Assembly: GCA_003971905.1 (NCBI GenBank)
Contig: RSEE01000001.1
Coordinates: forward strand, 620,001 to 684,000
Origin: Moniliella sp. 'wahieum'
Lineage: Eukaryota
DNA: 64,000 nt
Direction of reading: 5' to 3'
A program made the translations under genes and the position numbers. Positions 26,458 through 37,051 of the stretch are shown in pieces. Positions within the stretch are counted from its first letter, which is position 1. Every line of letters starts with the position of its first letter. The notes beneath the pieces were generated by a model. The model searched no databases and was not told the DNA's origin. It saw only the letters and a list, made by a program, of their open reading frames with translations.

Positions 26458-28110
26458 CTACAATACGTGGCCACGGAAGCGGGTGGGGTTGGAGGTAGAA
26501 TTGGAACTGGAGATGGACGTGGAAGGGAGGCAACTTGCGTTTGAGTTGGGGTCAAGCGGTGCGACCCCTACGGGCCCTGGAGGGTGTGCGACGGCTGGAG
26601 GCGCTGGAGGTGCGAGGGGCGCCAGGAGGGGGTGCCGGTGGTACACATGGCGGTTGGTAACAGAGGAAACATGGGGATGGGGTGTGTGCATATTGTGAGC
26701 ATTGTGAAGAGTGAGTTGCTCTTGTAGACTCAAGGTGGGCAGGCACGGGCACGCGTCCTCTCCAGGGGATTGGTGACGCTGCAGCGCATCAAGGTGGGCG
26801 AATTCGGTGCCACACAATGCGCACGTGTGAGGACGGACGTTGAGATGCAGCGTTTCGTGTCGACGCTTGTCGTGGGCACGGGCAAAGCTGCGCTTGCAAA
26901 ACCGGCACGCATAGGGTCGTTCGTCCGTGTGCGAACGCAAGTGGCCCCGCAGATTCAAAGCACGGGTAAAAGACGATTCACACCCGGGCACCGGACATTT
27001 GAACGGCGCCGCCCCTTTCCGTCGTGAAGCCGAGGCGGCCTTGGTCTTGGTCGTGGTAACTTGCAGGTGGTGGATAGGTCGAGAAAGAAGGCCGAACGTG
27101 AGCTCGCCTTCGATCGCTGGCGAGCGTCGGACGACCGCGAGACCGAGCCAGTGCGGGAGGCTGAGGAGGAAGAGACGAACCGCGCCTCCGACCCGTCCGG
27201 GCTGGGAGCAAGAGTGGTGGGACTGGTCGAGAGTGAGCCCTGAGGCTGGCGAGGAGGGTAGAACGATAGACAGTTGCGGTGGTTCATCCAAAAGGCTTGG
27301 AACACTGCTACTCGTAGCCAGACTGGCGCCACTGAGGGCACTCTGTATGCTCCGCGGCGATGTGTGCAATGAGGTTTGAGACCTCGTCCGTTGAGGCACA
27401 CGCGGCACGATTTGGCTCTCCCACCCGTCCCGCGAGGGCGACCAGGGTGGCTGCGAAGCACCTTGGGTTACAGGCAGGATTGCCGCCCCAGCAGGGTCAA
27501 AATTCAACGTGAGCTGGTCCAGGGTTTGGGGAAGTGAGACGGGCTCGGCCTTGACGGGGGGGTGTGACGTGGAAAGAGCTTGTGGGTGTGCGAGTACATC
27601 GGGGCTAGGTTGGGGGTGTGGGAGGTGATGCGGGTAAGAATGTGGCTGTGTTGATGCCAGCGTACGCGAAGGTGCCACCACGGGCTGCAGTTGTGAATGA
27701 GGCAGGATGGAGGTCGGGTTAGGGCTGGCATGGCCGAGGCCGAGAAAGCGTTTGAAGTGGCCGTAGGAATCGGAGGGGATCTCCGTGGAAGAAGTAAGAG
27801 AGAGAGGACGCTGGTACTCGGTGAATTCGGTGGGGCGATGAGGCTTGTTGGAGTTCAAAGCAGAGGCTGCGCAGGCTGCAGGGGCTGGGGCAGAATTAGG
27901 CAGACTGACGAAGGAGGGGGTGGATACAGGGTTAAGACCAAGGGGGGTGCTCAGCGGTCCGGATAGCAGTGCGGGTGGAGACATTGGCACGGTCCGATCA
28001 AACGATAGCGGGACGACAAGTGGCGGGATAGACCCCGCTGGCCCCATTAGGGAGGAGGAGGAGGCTGTGCCCGTTGAGCTGGAGACGCCAAGGCTGTGGC
28101 TCGACATCAT
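26458..28110 (-). CDS. Crz1-like C2H2 zinc-finger transcription factor
   Basis: Three fingers FKCPVPGCESSFTRALNLRGHLRSHTDERPYACRFCKRSFARAHDKRRHETLH...CALCGTEFAHLDALQRH, a Ser/Pro-rich N-terminus and PQLSIV resembling a PxIxIT motif. The true stop may be further left. Confidence 0.85.
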   Translation of the reverse strand: MMSSHSLGVSSSTGTASSSSLMGPAGSIPPLVVPLSFDRTVPMSPPALLSGPLSTPLGLNPVSTPSFVSLPNSAPAPAACAASALNSNKPHRPTEFTEYQRPLSLTSSTEIPSDSYGHFKRFLGLGHASPNPTSILPHSQLQPVVAPSRTLASTQPHSYPHHLPHPQPSPDVLAHPQALSTSHPPVKAEPVSLPQTLDQLTLNFDPAGAAILPVTQGASQPPWSPSRDGWESQIVPRVPQRTRSQTSLHTSPRSIQSALSGASLATSSSVPSLLDEPPQLSIVLPSSPASGLTLDQSHHSCSQPGRVGGAVRLFLLSLPHWLGLAVVRRSPAIEGELTFGLLSRPIHHLQVTTTKTKAASASRRKGAAPFKCPVPGCESSFTRALNLRGHLRSHTDERPYACRFCKRSFARAHDKRRHETLHLNVRPHTCALCGTEFAHLDALQRHQSPGEDACPCLPTLSLQEQLTLHNAHNMHTPHPHVSSVTNRHVYHRHPLLAPLAPPAPPAVAHPPGPVGVAPLDPNSNASCLPSTSISSSNSTSNPTRFRGHVL

Positions 28111-28379
28111 GGTGGATAAGAGGATACAGGCTGAGGGGGGGGGGTGAAGGCTGGAATGGGGCGGAGAAACCAGGATGTCGGATGCAAGGGCAGCGAAGAA
28201 AGGGGGTCAGGGCTGGTGGCCAGGCAGGATTGATACCATGCAGTATTTCTGGCGAAGTAAGATGCTACAAGAAGGCGAAAAAGCAATGGTTGTTGCAGAT
28301 GGTTTCTGGTCCATGACCTGTGGGGCCTGGGGACTATTCTCAGGCGCCACAGAGGGGACGCTGTGAGCACAGGAGAGCT

Positions 28380-31300
28380 GGGCTGAGTCTCAGCACCAGC
28401 GCTGAGCGCTCCTCAGCGCTGAATTAAGTACTGACTGAGTACTGAGTGCCTCGGAGTAGGTACATACTTCCCACACTCGTATCGCCCGAAACGTCACACC
28501 TACATACATGTTTCTGGCTCTCTGAGCTCTGTCGTTGCATACCAGCTCCGGATACCGGCTACCGGTTACCGGTTACCAGCCTTAGGCCTTGGCCTTATTC
28601 ATAGCTACCAGCCCTACCAGCACCACCCGTTTGTTGCAGCCCAGCCCAGTGTGGCGTGTGGCTGAGCGGGCTGCGCGATGGGAGGCTGGGGAACGTGGAC
28701 GAGGCGCAGGGCCCGGCTTGGCCCTGCTGTTGTTGGGCCTTAGGCTTTAGGAGCGTGAAGCTTGAAGCTTGAGCGCTGAGCGATTAAGCGAGCTTGAGCT
28801 TAAGCTTGTAAGTCTTAGGTTGCTACGCGTTACGCGTTGCTTCCTTAGATCTTAGACTACGTGCGTATGAGATCTGCCACAACGCCCCCTTAGGGCCTTA
28901 GTTAGGCCTTAGGCCTTACGCGTTACGCCCATCGACCATCGTATCTCAGATCTTCCGACCGCAAATTCACCGACTCACCCACCATCTCAGCACCCGGAAA
29001 AAAACTGAAGGCCCGATCATCGATCACGCGTGCCCGTCACACGCCACAGACAGGCCAAGGCCCGGATGGCGTCCAAAGCCCAATCAGTACAATCAGTGCT
29101 GAACTGCGTGCGATTGTGAGTACTGAGTCTGTTTAAGCGCTTCTCAGCGTTCATCATCCTGAGCGGCTATGAGCTCAACAGGCTCAGCGTACTGAGGGCA
29201 CTAGTATAATACACTGAGGAATGGACTGCGTACCGAGCACTGGGCGTCAATACACTCTCAGGGAACTTGTGTGAGCGCGTGAGCTTCTGAGCCTGAAGAG
29301 GCCGGAGGGAAGGCTGAGATATGAAATGATCGATGAGATGACGCTTTTGAGGCTCTGGAACTTTTTAGCTTCACAAGCTCTTCAAGCTTCAAGCTTTGAG
29401 GGCGTTCGAAACGTTCAGCGCGTTTATAATGCTTCAAGCTATAAGCTTCGTGAGCTTGATGCAAGGCCACACCAATAGTACTAGGGGGATTCGTAGCCAC
29501 CGTTCCACCATTCCACCATTCCATGCTGGAGAGGCAAAATAATATCACCGAGATACGCTTGCTGGGTTGCGGGCGGTCGCTTGGCTGGGCGACGGAACAG
29601 CGACACTTCCGCGTGAGGCTTACCTATAAACGGTGTGCACTCCTGATTTTTCTCATTTTCGTATCAAGTAGAGATTCAACACGTACGTACACGAGTCACC
29701 GGTCACCGCATCTGCTAGTGGCTATGGCAAGTTGTGTGCTTGCTGTGTGGCGGGCTGGTGGATACCTAGGACCTACCACCCACCAGGCATCTTACATCGG
29801 GGTTTTATGACGACGGTGGCAAATGGTGTGGCATGGGACGCGGGATTGTCGATAGTCAATGGTAGGCATGGTAGGGATATAATCGACTCTAGTTTGGGAT
29901 ACTCGATACAGTGCAGGCACTTTTGTCGGGGCATCGTGAACTTGCGACATGTGGCATCTGTGACGCGTGACGGTAGTGACTAGTGATTAAAATGATTAAT
30001 GGTTAGCGCTTAGCGCTTAGCGCTTAGCAACAAAAAATTTAGAACAGCAGGTGGGGGCTGATGCAGTGCTGATGTGCTGACGCATGATGCATGATGCATG
30101 GTGCATGATGCATGATGCATGGTGCATGGTGCACATGAGGTGTGGCACTCGATGCATGATCGATGATCCGCATGAACGCGCGGAAAGGCACTGGAAAGGG
30201 ACCTCTTCCCCCCATGCACCCACCCACTTGGGGATTACATGGTACACTAGTGGTATACTTGTTTCAGGTTTGCATCCCCGGCGGGTAAACCTCCGTTTTG
30301 CAGCAGTTTCTTGTAGCATTTAGCCTGACTAGTGGCTGGCTGGAGAGCGCGTGATGCATGATGGATGATGCACGATGTGGAAGCGACCGGCACTGCAAGG
30401 TTGTGGGTGTCGATCCCCATCTAACCCATACATCGCGCTCTGGATTATCCAGCTCCAATAATGCGGAGCCTTGTCGCGGGCCGTCAGCGCGTCGGCGATA
30501 ACCGTAGTAATTCCGTAACGTGGTACCGCGTACCGCGTAAGGGTAAACGGGGTAAGCGCGTAAGCGCATAACATCTAAAAGAGGACGTACGGCGCCACGG
30601 GAAGGTCTAGGGTGTTGCCCTAGGGAGCCAGATGAGCAGAAGGATGAGGAGAAGGTGATGGATTGGAGCCAGAGTTGGGTCTAGGTACGAGGCATCTACA
30701 TAGGAGGCCTGACTAGGCGCAGGGCCAGTGAGGCATACAAGAGAGAATGCAGGACACAGAGGGGATGAAGTGCCACGCTGGGACGATACCCGCAGCGTGG
30801 AGAAGCCAATGGAGGGTCTACCGAGTGGGAGCCGGAGGATCACAGTCAACATCCCCGCTGGCCACAGGGAACCCGGAGACATCGGTTTGGGGCGATGACC
30901 TGTGACCGGTGACCGGTGACCTCATGCCGGTGGATGTAGAGACTGAGGACTTGAGCTTGAGTGTGGCAGCCAGGACGAATGGCTTGTGGAATTGCGCACG
31001 GCCACACTAGTAATAAGTGTTAAGCTTAGAACTAAGGCCGGTAACGCCGATGGATGAGATCGATGATCGATGATCGTTCAGACGTTCAAGCTTCAAGCTT
31101 CAAGTACGTTCAACGTAAAACGTTAATCACCAGTTACCTAGTTAACCGTTACCGGTTAGGTTACCCTTGTCGCCAGCTCGGAAGCGGGACAAAGTGGGGT
31201 CCAGTACGCCGAGCGCTACCTCAGCGCCTCAGGGTCTCTCAGCGCGTCTAGGGAACCTCGTCGTAACGCGTAACGCATAATGCACAACGTAAGTATAACG

Positions 31301-31410
31301 CGTACAAATGCTTGCGCTTAGTGCGGATTGCCGGGCAGAGCGGCTGGGGCAGGGACTGTGGGATGCATGTCAGATCTGAGATCCATCTGCGAGGACCCTG
31401 CGAGCGCTGA
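28380..31410. repeat. Dense field of 7-bp-periodic palindromic hexamer arrays
   Basis: (ACCGGT-T) 28561, (AAGCTT-G) 28758, (AGGCCT-T) 28904, (AGCGCT-T)x3 30003, (ATGCAT-G)x~7 30082, (ACCGGT-G) 30902, (ATCGAT-G) 31059, (AAGCTT-C) 31088. Confidence 0.85.
30613..30851 (-). mobile_element. Solo LTR (copy 2, 239 bp)
   Basis: TGTTG...CAACA ends; aligns without gaps to 821-1059 for about the first 145 nt. No internal retroelement sequence on either side and no obvious TSD. Confidence 0.8.
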
Positions 31411-32160
31411 GCGCTGATTTCAATGCGGGGAGAGTTGTATCCAACGCATCTGCCCCTTTTCCTCCATCTCACGTTTCCTGACAAATTGTCAGATAGCAAG
31501 TGCAAGTGTTATTGCGGGGTAGAGGCGACCGACAGTGAGGCTGGTGAGTACTGAGTCCGGTGGCTGGCGAGGCTGGCGAGGCGAGAGTAGCCTGATTCAT
31601 GTCAAAGGCGGCGGGGAAGGAGAAGAGTAAGAAGAGAAAGGTATAGACTCTGAGAACAAAGATCTGTGTTGGCATTATAAAGGAACCCCCCGCCCGCAGC
31701 GGAAAGGACAGACGAAACCCCCCAAAGAGCGCGACTGCCCTATTATTGAACGCTGTCACGATAGACTTCGTCGGCGGTGCCACATCATGCATCATCATCG
31801 AATCATGAGCAACAAGAGCGACAGGGACCTATAGTCGGCCGCCCAATCGCAGCAGCAGGCCGGGGAGCAGGCTACGGTAACGTAGGGTAGTATAATAGTA
31901 GGACAGGATAATATGAGTAAAAAGGGAGAATGTCTGTTCAAGCGTGGTGTGTATACGCGTGCGTGACGCTTAAACCTTGAAGGCTAAGGGCTCAAGCTCA
32001 GCCGCTCAGCCGGCAAAGCAAAGAGGGTCTGTCGACTACAGTGGCCGGGTCTCAAAGAAGAAAGTGGCATCAAATCGATCCAATTCCATCGACGACGGGA
32101 TGAGCCCGACGGTCTTCTAGTCAAATGCAGAGGGACAAGGCATGGCCGTAGAGGGAAGGT

Positions 32161-33545
32161 CTAGTCGGCAAAATCCTCCGGATGCTCGAAGTAGTAGTAC
32201 GACACAGCCTCCACGTTCTTCCCACAGAGCAAGTACACTTCCACGGCCTTGTCCTCCGGTACACCCAGATCGACATTGATTGTACCTCCCCCCGCTCCGC
32301 ATCCGAAAGGGATTCGATAGGCACAGATTCCGGTTCCGCTTCCGCCCCCGCACGACCCCCAAGGGCCGTCAAGAGACTCAGCACCTGCGCAGGTTACGTT
32401 GCAGCGCCTCAGCCAACATGGGTTCTGCTGGTTTACAGCACGCACCAATGGCTCCAGCGCAGATGGGTTCTCCTCTGCTAGCGTTTGTAGCTGACTTAAC
32501 AACGCAGGGTTGGCCAAGTCCAGAACCTCGTTCCCTTCGCCATCCAGCTGGCCCCCGTAGAACCCTCGTCCCCCCCTTGCTGTCGGTGCCGCACCGCCTC
32601 GGGCTGCTGCCGCCGCCGCCTCAAACAAATTTCCTGCCCCTGGTGGGGCCACAGGAGGGTCGGCAGGGGCAGTAGCCTCTCCACTGGCTGGACTCGTCGC
32701 TTCTTCCGAAGCAGGCGGCGGCGCGTAACTGGTGCAGGTGCAGCAGGGGGGGGCTGCTCCAGTCCCAAGCCAGCGGGAATGCCCGTCATCAGATACTCAA
32801 CCGCACGATCAGGGGTTGTACGACGCTCGCATTGCTCGTTCCACTTCAGACCGAGGGAAGCCCATCTCGACCATTTGGTCCATGGCCGTGCGAAGTGCGG
32901 CTCCAGCCAGGAACGCGTTGTTCGATAGGCCATCGCCACTCGTCGGGGCAGAAGTAGAGAGTGTGGAAGCAGGTGCAGGCTCACTGGGTGCCTGCACCGA
33001 AGCGGGAGGAGGGGCCGAGGAAGCTTCGACGGCAGTGGAAGACGACTTGGGCTCCTGCGCAGGCTCCTGTGGGGTTCCGTCGCGGCCGGCTCCTTCGGCT
33101 CTGGTGTGGGCGTCTGGGTCGATGCTTCCTTGGGATTCGGCGTCGAAGATTCCTTGGGAGTCGGGTAGACGCTTCCTTGAGTGGCTCCGAGGATGGGGCC
33201 TGGGCATCAGGCGTTGGGGCCGGAGCAGAGGTGGAGGCAACAGATTTAGCTGGTTTGGGCTTCGTCTTGGAAACCATGCTCACGAGGAAATCCTTCTCCT
33301 TGATGTGGCATGTATCAAGGGTCTGGTCATTGGCCAAAATCTTTCCCGCGAAAATGATCTTTTGCTGCTCCACCGCATGGCCTTTGGCCGCCAAAATCTT
33401 CTCCTTGACGGTAAGGATCTGTTGTGGGAGAGAGTCAGCCTCCCATCCTCGCATCTCAGATAAAAGGGGGAATATATACCGTATCGCTGGGATTCACGTC
33501 GAGGGTATAGCTTCCCCCCGTCAAAGCCTTGATCGTCACTTGCAT
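32161..33545 (-). CDS. RAD23: UV excision repair / proteasome shuttle Rad23
   Basis: UBL (MQVTIK...QQKIIFAGKILAND), UBA1 (MVEMGFPRSEVERAMRASYN.PDRAVEYLMTGIP), XPC-binding (ENPSALEPL....QQNP), UBA2 (LGVPEDKAVEVYLLCGKNVE). Intron ~33419-33479. Confidence 0.95.
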
Positions 33546-34083
33546 CCTGGTCGTCGTCCTCAAGCTTGAACCTCAAGTTGGTGGCGGGTGGTCGTGCAAG
33601 CCCAGCTCAGCCCAGCCGCCCCATGCCCCACGCCCAGGTGGTGCCACTAATTCCGCCCCGCCCCTTACTCACTAGTCACTCGGCTCCTACCGCCTTGGCG
33701 CGCCGTTCCGCTGGCCACGCGTCGCTGGAATCGAATTACCCCGGCCCTCTCATTAATATTTGAACAGTGCAATCGAGCCAGCAGCCCTCGTCCCAAGCTT
33801 TGTTCAAAAAGCCACTTGCTGTGACATGTGACGCTGTGACATGTGACAGACCACTTCAACCACTTCAACCACTTCAACCACTTCAACCTTCAGAGCTTCA
33901 GCCTGAGAGTCCCAAATATCTCCCTCCATCACATTTGTTAAAGTGCCCACACCGCTTTTCTTGATCGCGGGCGTGCTCCAGACCATTTTGAAAGGAAACG
34001 CGAGAATCATCAAAGGGCAGACGTCCGTGTGGCAAGCCTGTGGGTAGATCTCGAGACCGTGCTGGTGACAAAAAAGAAGAAGA

Positions 34084-34188
34084 AATTCCCCACACCGAGA
34101 CTCGAGCCCACAAGTACTAACGCCGGTTCCGACATTCTCATACTCGGTGCGAGAGATGATCACTTCACTCTGTATGGACTCCAGAAAA
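34084..34188 (-). ncRNA. Unidentified structured Pol III-like element (5S- or tRNA-like motifs)
   Basis: Long G.U-containing hairpin that pairs well only on the minus strand, B-box-like GGCTCGAGTC, downstream TTTCTTCTTCTTTTTT. It does not fold as a canonical cloverleaf. Confidence 0.35.
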
Positions 34189-35757
34189 CAATTGCAATGA
34201 GGGAAGCATTTTGGGGTGGGAATGTGAAGAGGCAGAGAGGAAGAGAAAGGGGGGCATATGAGGTATACGTTTTACTATCCAGACAGGGACGTATGTTCGT
34301 ATTGTCTCTGCGCACGAACCGCAAACTCAAGGGATACCGCCAGCTGAACGGAGGAGTCTCAATCCGGTTGTTAGCGATGCAGTGACCCGCACTCGCAGGC
34401 CCTTGATCCCCCCCTGTATATAACAGTCTGTGTGTGCTATACGCATCCACATATACTGTTTTGGGGCTTTGCTCTTTGCTTCATCAGGCATACTCAGGTA
34501 TACTCAACGTACACATCGCCGACACTCAATTTCCTGATTTCAGCGTCTCCTTCTCACTGTGAGATTCTCCCTTGTCATGCCTTTACCTTCTTGCTGAGGG
34601 CGGAGAATCCGCCCTTTACTTTGAGCCCTTTTCGTGTTTGACTGTTCCTGTTCCCAACTGCGCGAGGGAACCTTTCCGTACTTGATCTGTGCTCCATTTG
34701 AACCGCATTCGCCTCGATTACTTCTTTTTTCTACGTTGTATGTTGATTTGTTAAGTTCTTGTCTGTATAGCGTTTGTTCTATATGTTCTTTCCGCTAGCG
34801 GATCATTTTGTAACTTCTCCTTGCGAATCCATCATTGACGCCCAGCAACACATGCATTACTCCCTAGTTCACCAGAAGTCCCACCGGCCTGCTTCAGCTA
34901 TCACTTTTCTTCGCCTTGCCTTGGCCGCGACTGGCTAGGTTATTTCGACTAGGCACATCTTTTGCCGTCAATCTCTTCCCGCTTTCAGTCTCCTCTGTAC
35001 GGATCCCGCGGCCATCATCCTACAAGAGTTGTGGTCAAATCCTGTCTTTACCTGCCCGACAACCTTACGGCCAACCTTTCAAGGTTCTGGCCCTACAGGC
35101 ACGCTAGTCCTGCTCGTTCCGGTTCATACACAACTTTGCCATGGGAGCCGACGCCCCAATTGAGAAGTCTGACCTCATCTCTAGCTCCATTCGGATCCTC
35201 CACAATTGCGTTCAAGCTCGATTAAACATGAATGGACCTCCTCCTTCAAGGGAAAGCGCCCGTAATAAACCGTGGGTTGGGCTCCAATTCGCGCCCCCCG
35301 CCCATGACAGGACACAGACTGACTTTTTGGAGCATCACCAACCTCCAGGGATTCGTCATCTTTTAGACCAAAACAGACGCGCACATTTCAGTTTTCTGGC
35401 TCAGCAGTCGTTGATGAACGCAAAAGACTGAGGAGGCGATCTTTCTTGAGTTACTCTACTTGTCTCTTGTTTGCATCCTCACCCTGCCGTGTTGTGGGCT
35501 ATACAATATATCGCGCTACGTTCTCGGTAGGGCGTGAGAACCCGAACGACGGTCCTGGACACCTTATCTCCCAAAGACAATGGTTGTGGGGCTCTTGGCC
35601 TAGTCTTTCCCCAATTTGCATGACTCTTTTCGAGCGGACGACATTCATTCAGGCTCCGTGGGATGTTGCCTCTAATGTAAAGGAGGGGAAAACTTGAAGA
35701 GCCACAAAACAGTAGAGTGGAGGGGGGAGGGCTCGTAATGTAGCGACAAGAACGCAA

Positions 35758-35843
35758 TCTCCGATAGTTTAGTGGCTATGACACGTCCCTGTCATTGTGA
35801 CAGTCGTGCGGACGAGACCCGGGTTCGATTCCCGGTCGGAGAG
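35758..35843 (+). tRNA. tRNA-Asp(GTC) with 14-nt intron (35795-35808)
   Basis: Acceptor TCTCCGA/TCGGAGA, anticodon arm CGTCC-CT-GTC-A^C-GGACG, T-arm CCGGG-TTCGATT-CCCGG. The intron contains TGACAG, complementary to the anticodon loop. Confidence 0.95.
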
Positions 35844-37051
35844 TGTTTTGCCAAGCGGTGGAATGGAATGTCTCCGTGGTTCCTTTTTCAGCTGCAACAT
35901 GCCCAACGCCTTTCACTAGGCCCAACCACGATGAGGTCATCCCTTGGGGCTGGGTGTCCTACTGTGTTTGCTTGCACGCCAACTCAAACTTCACTGCGAA
36001 CGGGGTCAGCGCGCAGCCAGGGTCCGCGCTGTGCGCTGGCTAGAGTGAAGCTTGAAGCCTGTCGCCCTGAGCCTGAGCCTGAGGCCCCATGCCCCAGCAC
36101 TGGGTATCGCTCTCGGTATCGTGTATCGCAGCATCCAACACTAGTCACTAGTAACTAGTAACTAGTAACTAGTCACTGCTCCTCTGCCGAGTGCTCCCGC
36201 AGCATCGACGATCGGCGCTCGTAGGATCGGTGTCGGTCCAACCCTACTGGCATACGGTGAGTATGGGCCTCATCGACATCGATCATCTTGGGCTGCGCTC
36301 CCCGCACACGTCGATGGAGCGCCACCGGTCGCTGCCAGGCTGCCGCTGTCCTCCTGCTGGGCTAATCTGGGAGCGCGCCTTGGTCTCCCCGCTGTTGGCC
36401 GTGGTGCAGGCAGTACATGGGTGTGACGCGAGCGTTCGCTGGTTGAGCCTGAGATTCGGAGAGCCTGAGCAGAGTGCCGGATTTCAGCTTTCAGCTTTCC
36501 GTTAATTTCACCCTAAAAGCTGAGGCTCAGTGCCTCCGCATCCATCACCTCGTCGCTGCTGGCGGGGTGTCTGGTGCAGTGCCAGGCCAAGTAGCCGGCA
36601 CAGGCCCAGTGTGGCCAGCAGCTAGCCGGCGACAGAGCCAGTGCTGGGCGGACTGATCGATGGGTGCGGAGGATAGAGGACGCGGGCGGAGGACGAGCGA
36701 TCGATGAGCAGGACGTGTGCCGAGTGCACTGGTGCACTAGTGACTAAGGCATGGCACATGTGACATGTGGCGAGCGTGGTTCTTGGTGCTGTGCTGTGCT
36801 GTGCTGGGTGGCGCGGTGCTGCGCTGGGCCGTGTCGTGGAGGTGCTGAAGCGCTGGAGCTGCGTTCCAGGATGCACTCGCCTCGCCGCCGCAGCTCGCAG
36901 CAGCAGACAAGCGAACCCACACAGGCGCAACGCCGCTTGCATGCTGCCTCATCCACCTCATCGATCATCCCGCCGTGTTTCCTGCCACCGCCACCGCCAC
37001 TGTCACCACCCCCCATCTCCATCTTCCCCCCCACCCTTCCCCCCGACGACG

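Noticed and set aside
28380..31410. Palindrome arrays as vector polylinker contamination
   Set aside because: Although the hexamers are restriction sites, they recur in degenerate tandem form at many native promoters and are restricted to A..T hexamers, unlike a synthetic multiple cloning site.
34084..34188. Selenocysteine tRNA or U6 snRNA
   Set aside because: There is no TCA anticodon arm or Sec-type cloverleaf, and ATACAGAG is not followed by the U6 AAGATTAGCATGG core.
34400..35750. AT-richer stretch as a transposon relic
   Set aside because: No terminal repeats, TSD or transposase/RT motifs visible.
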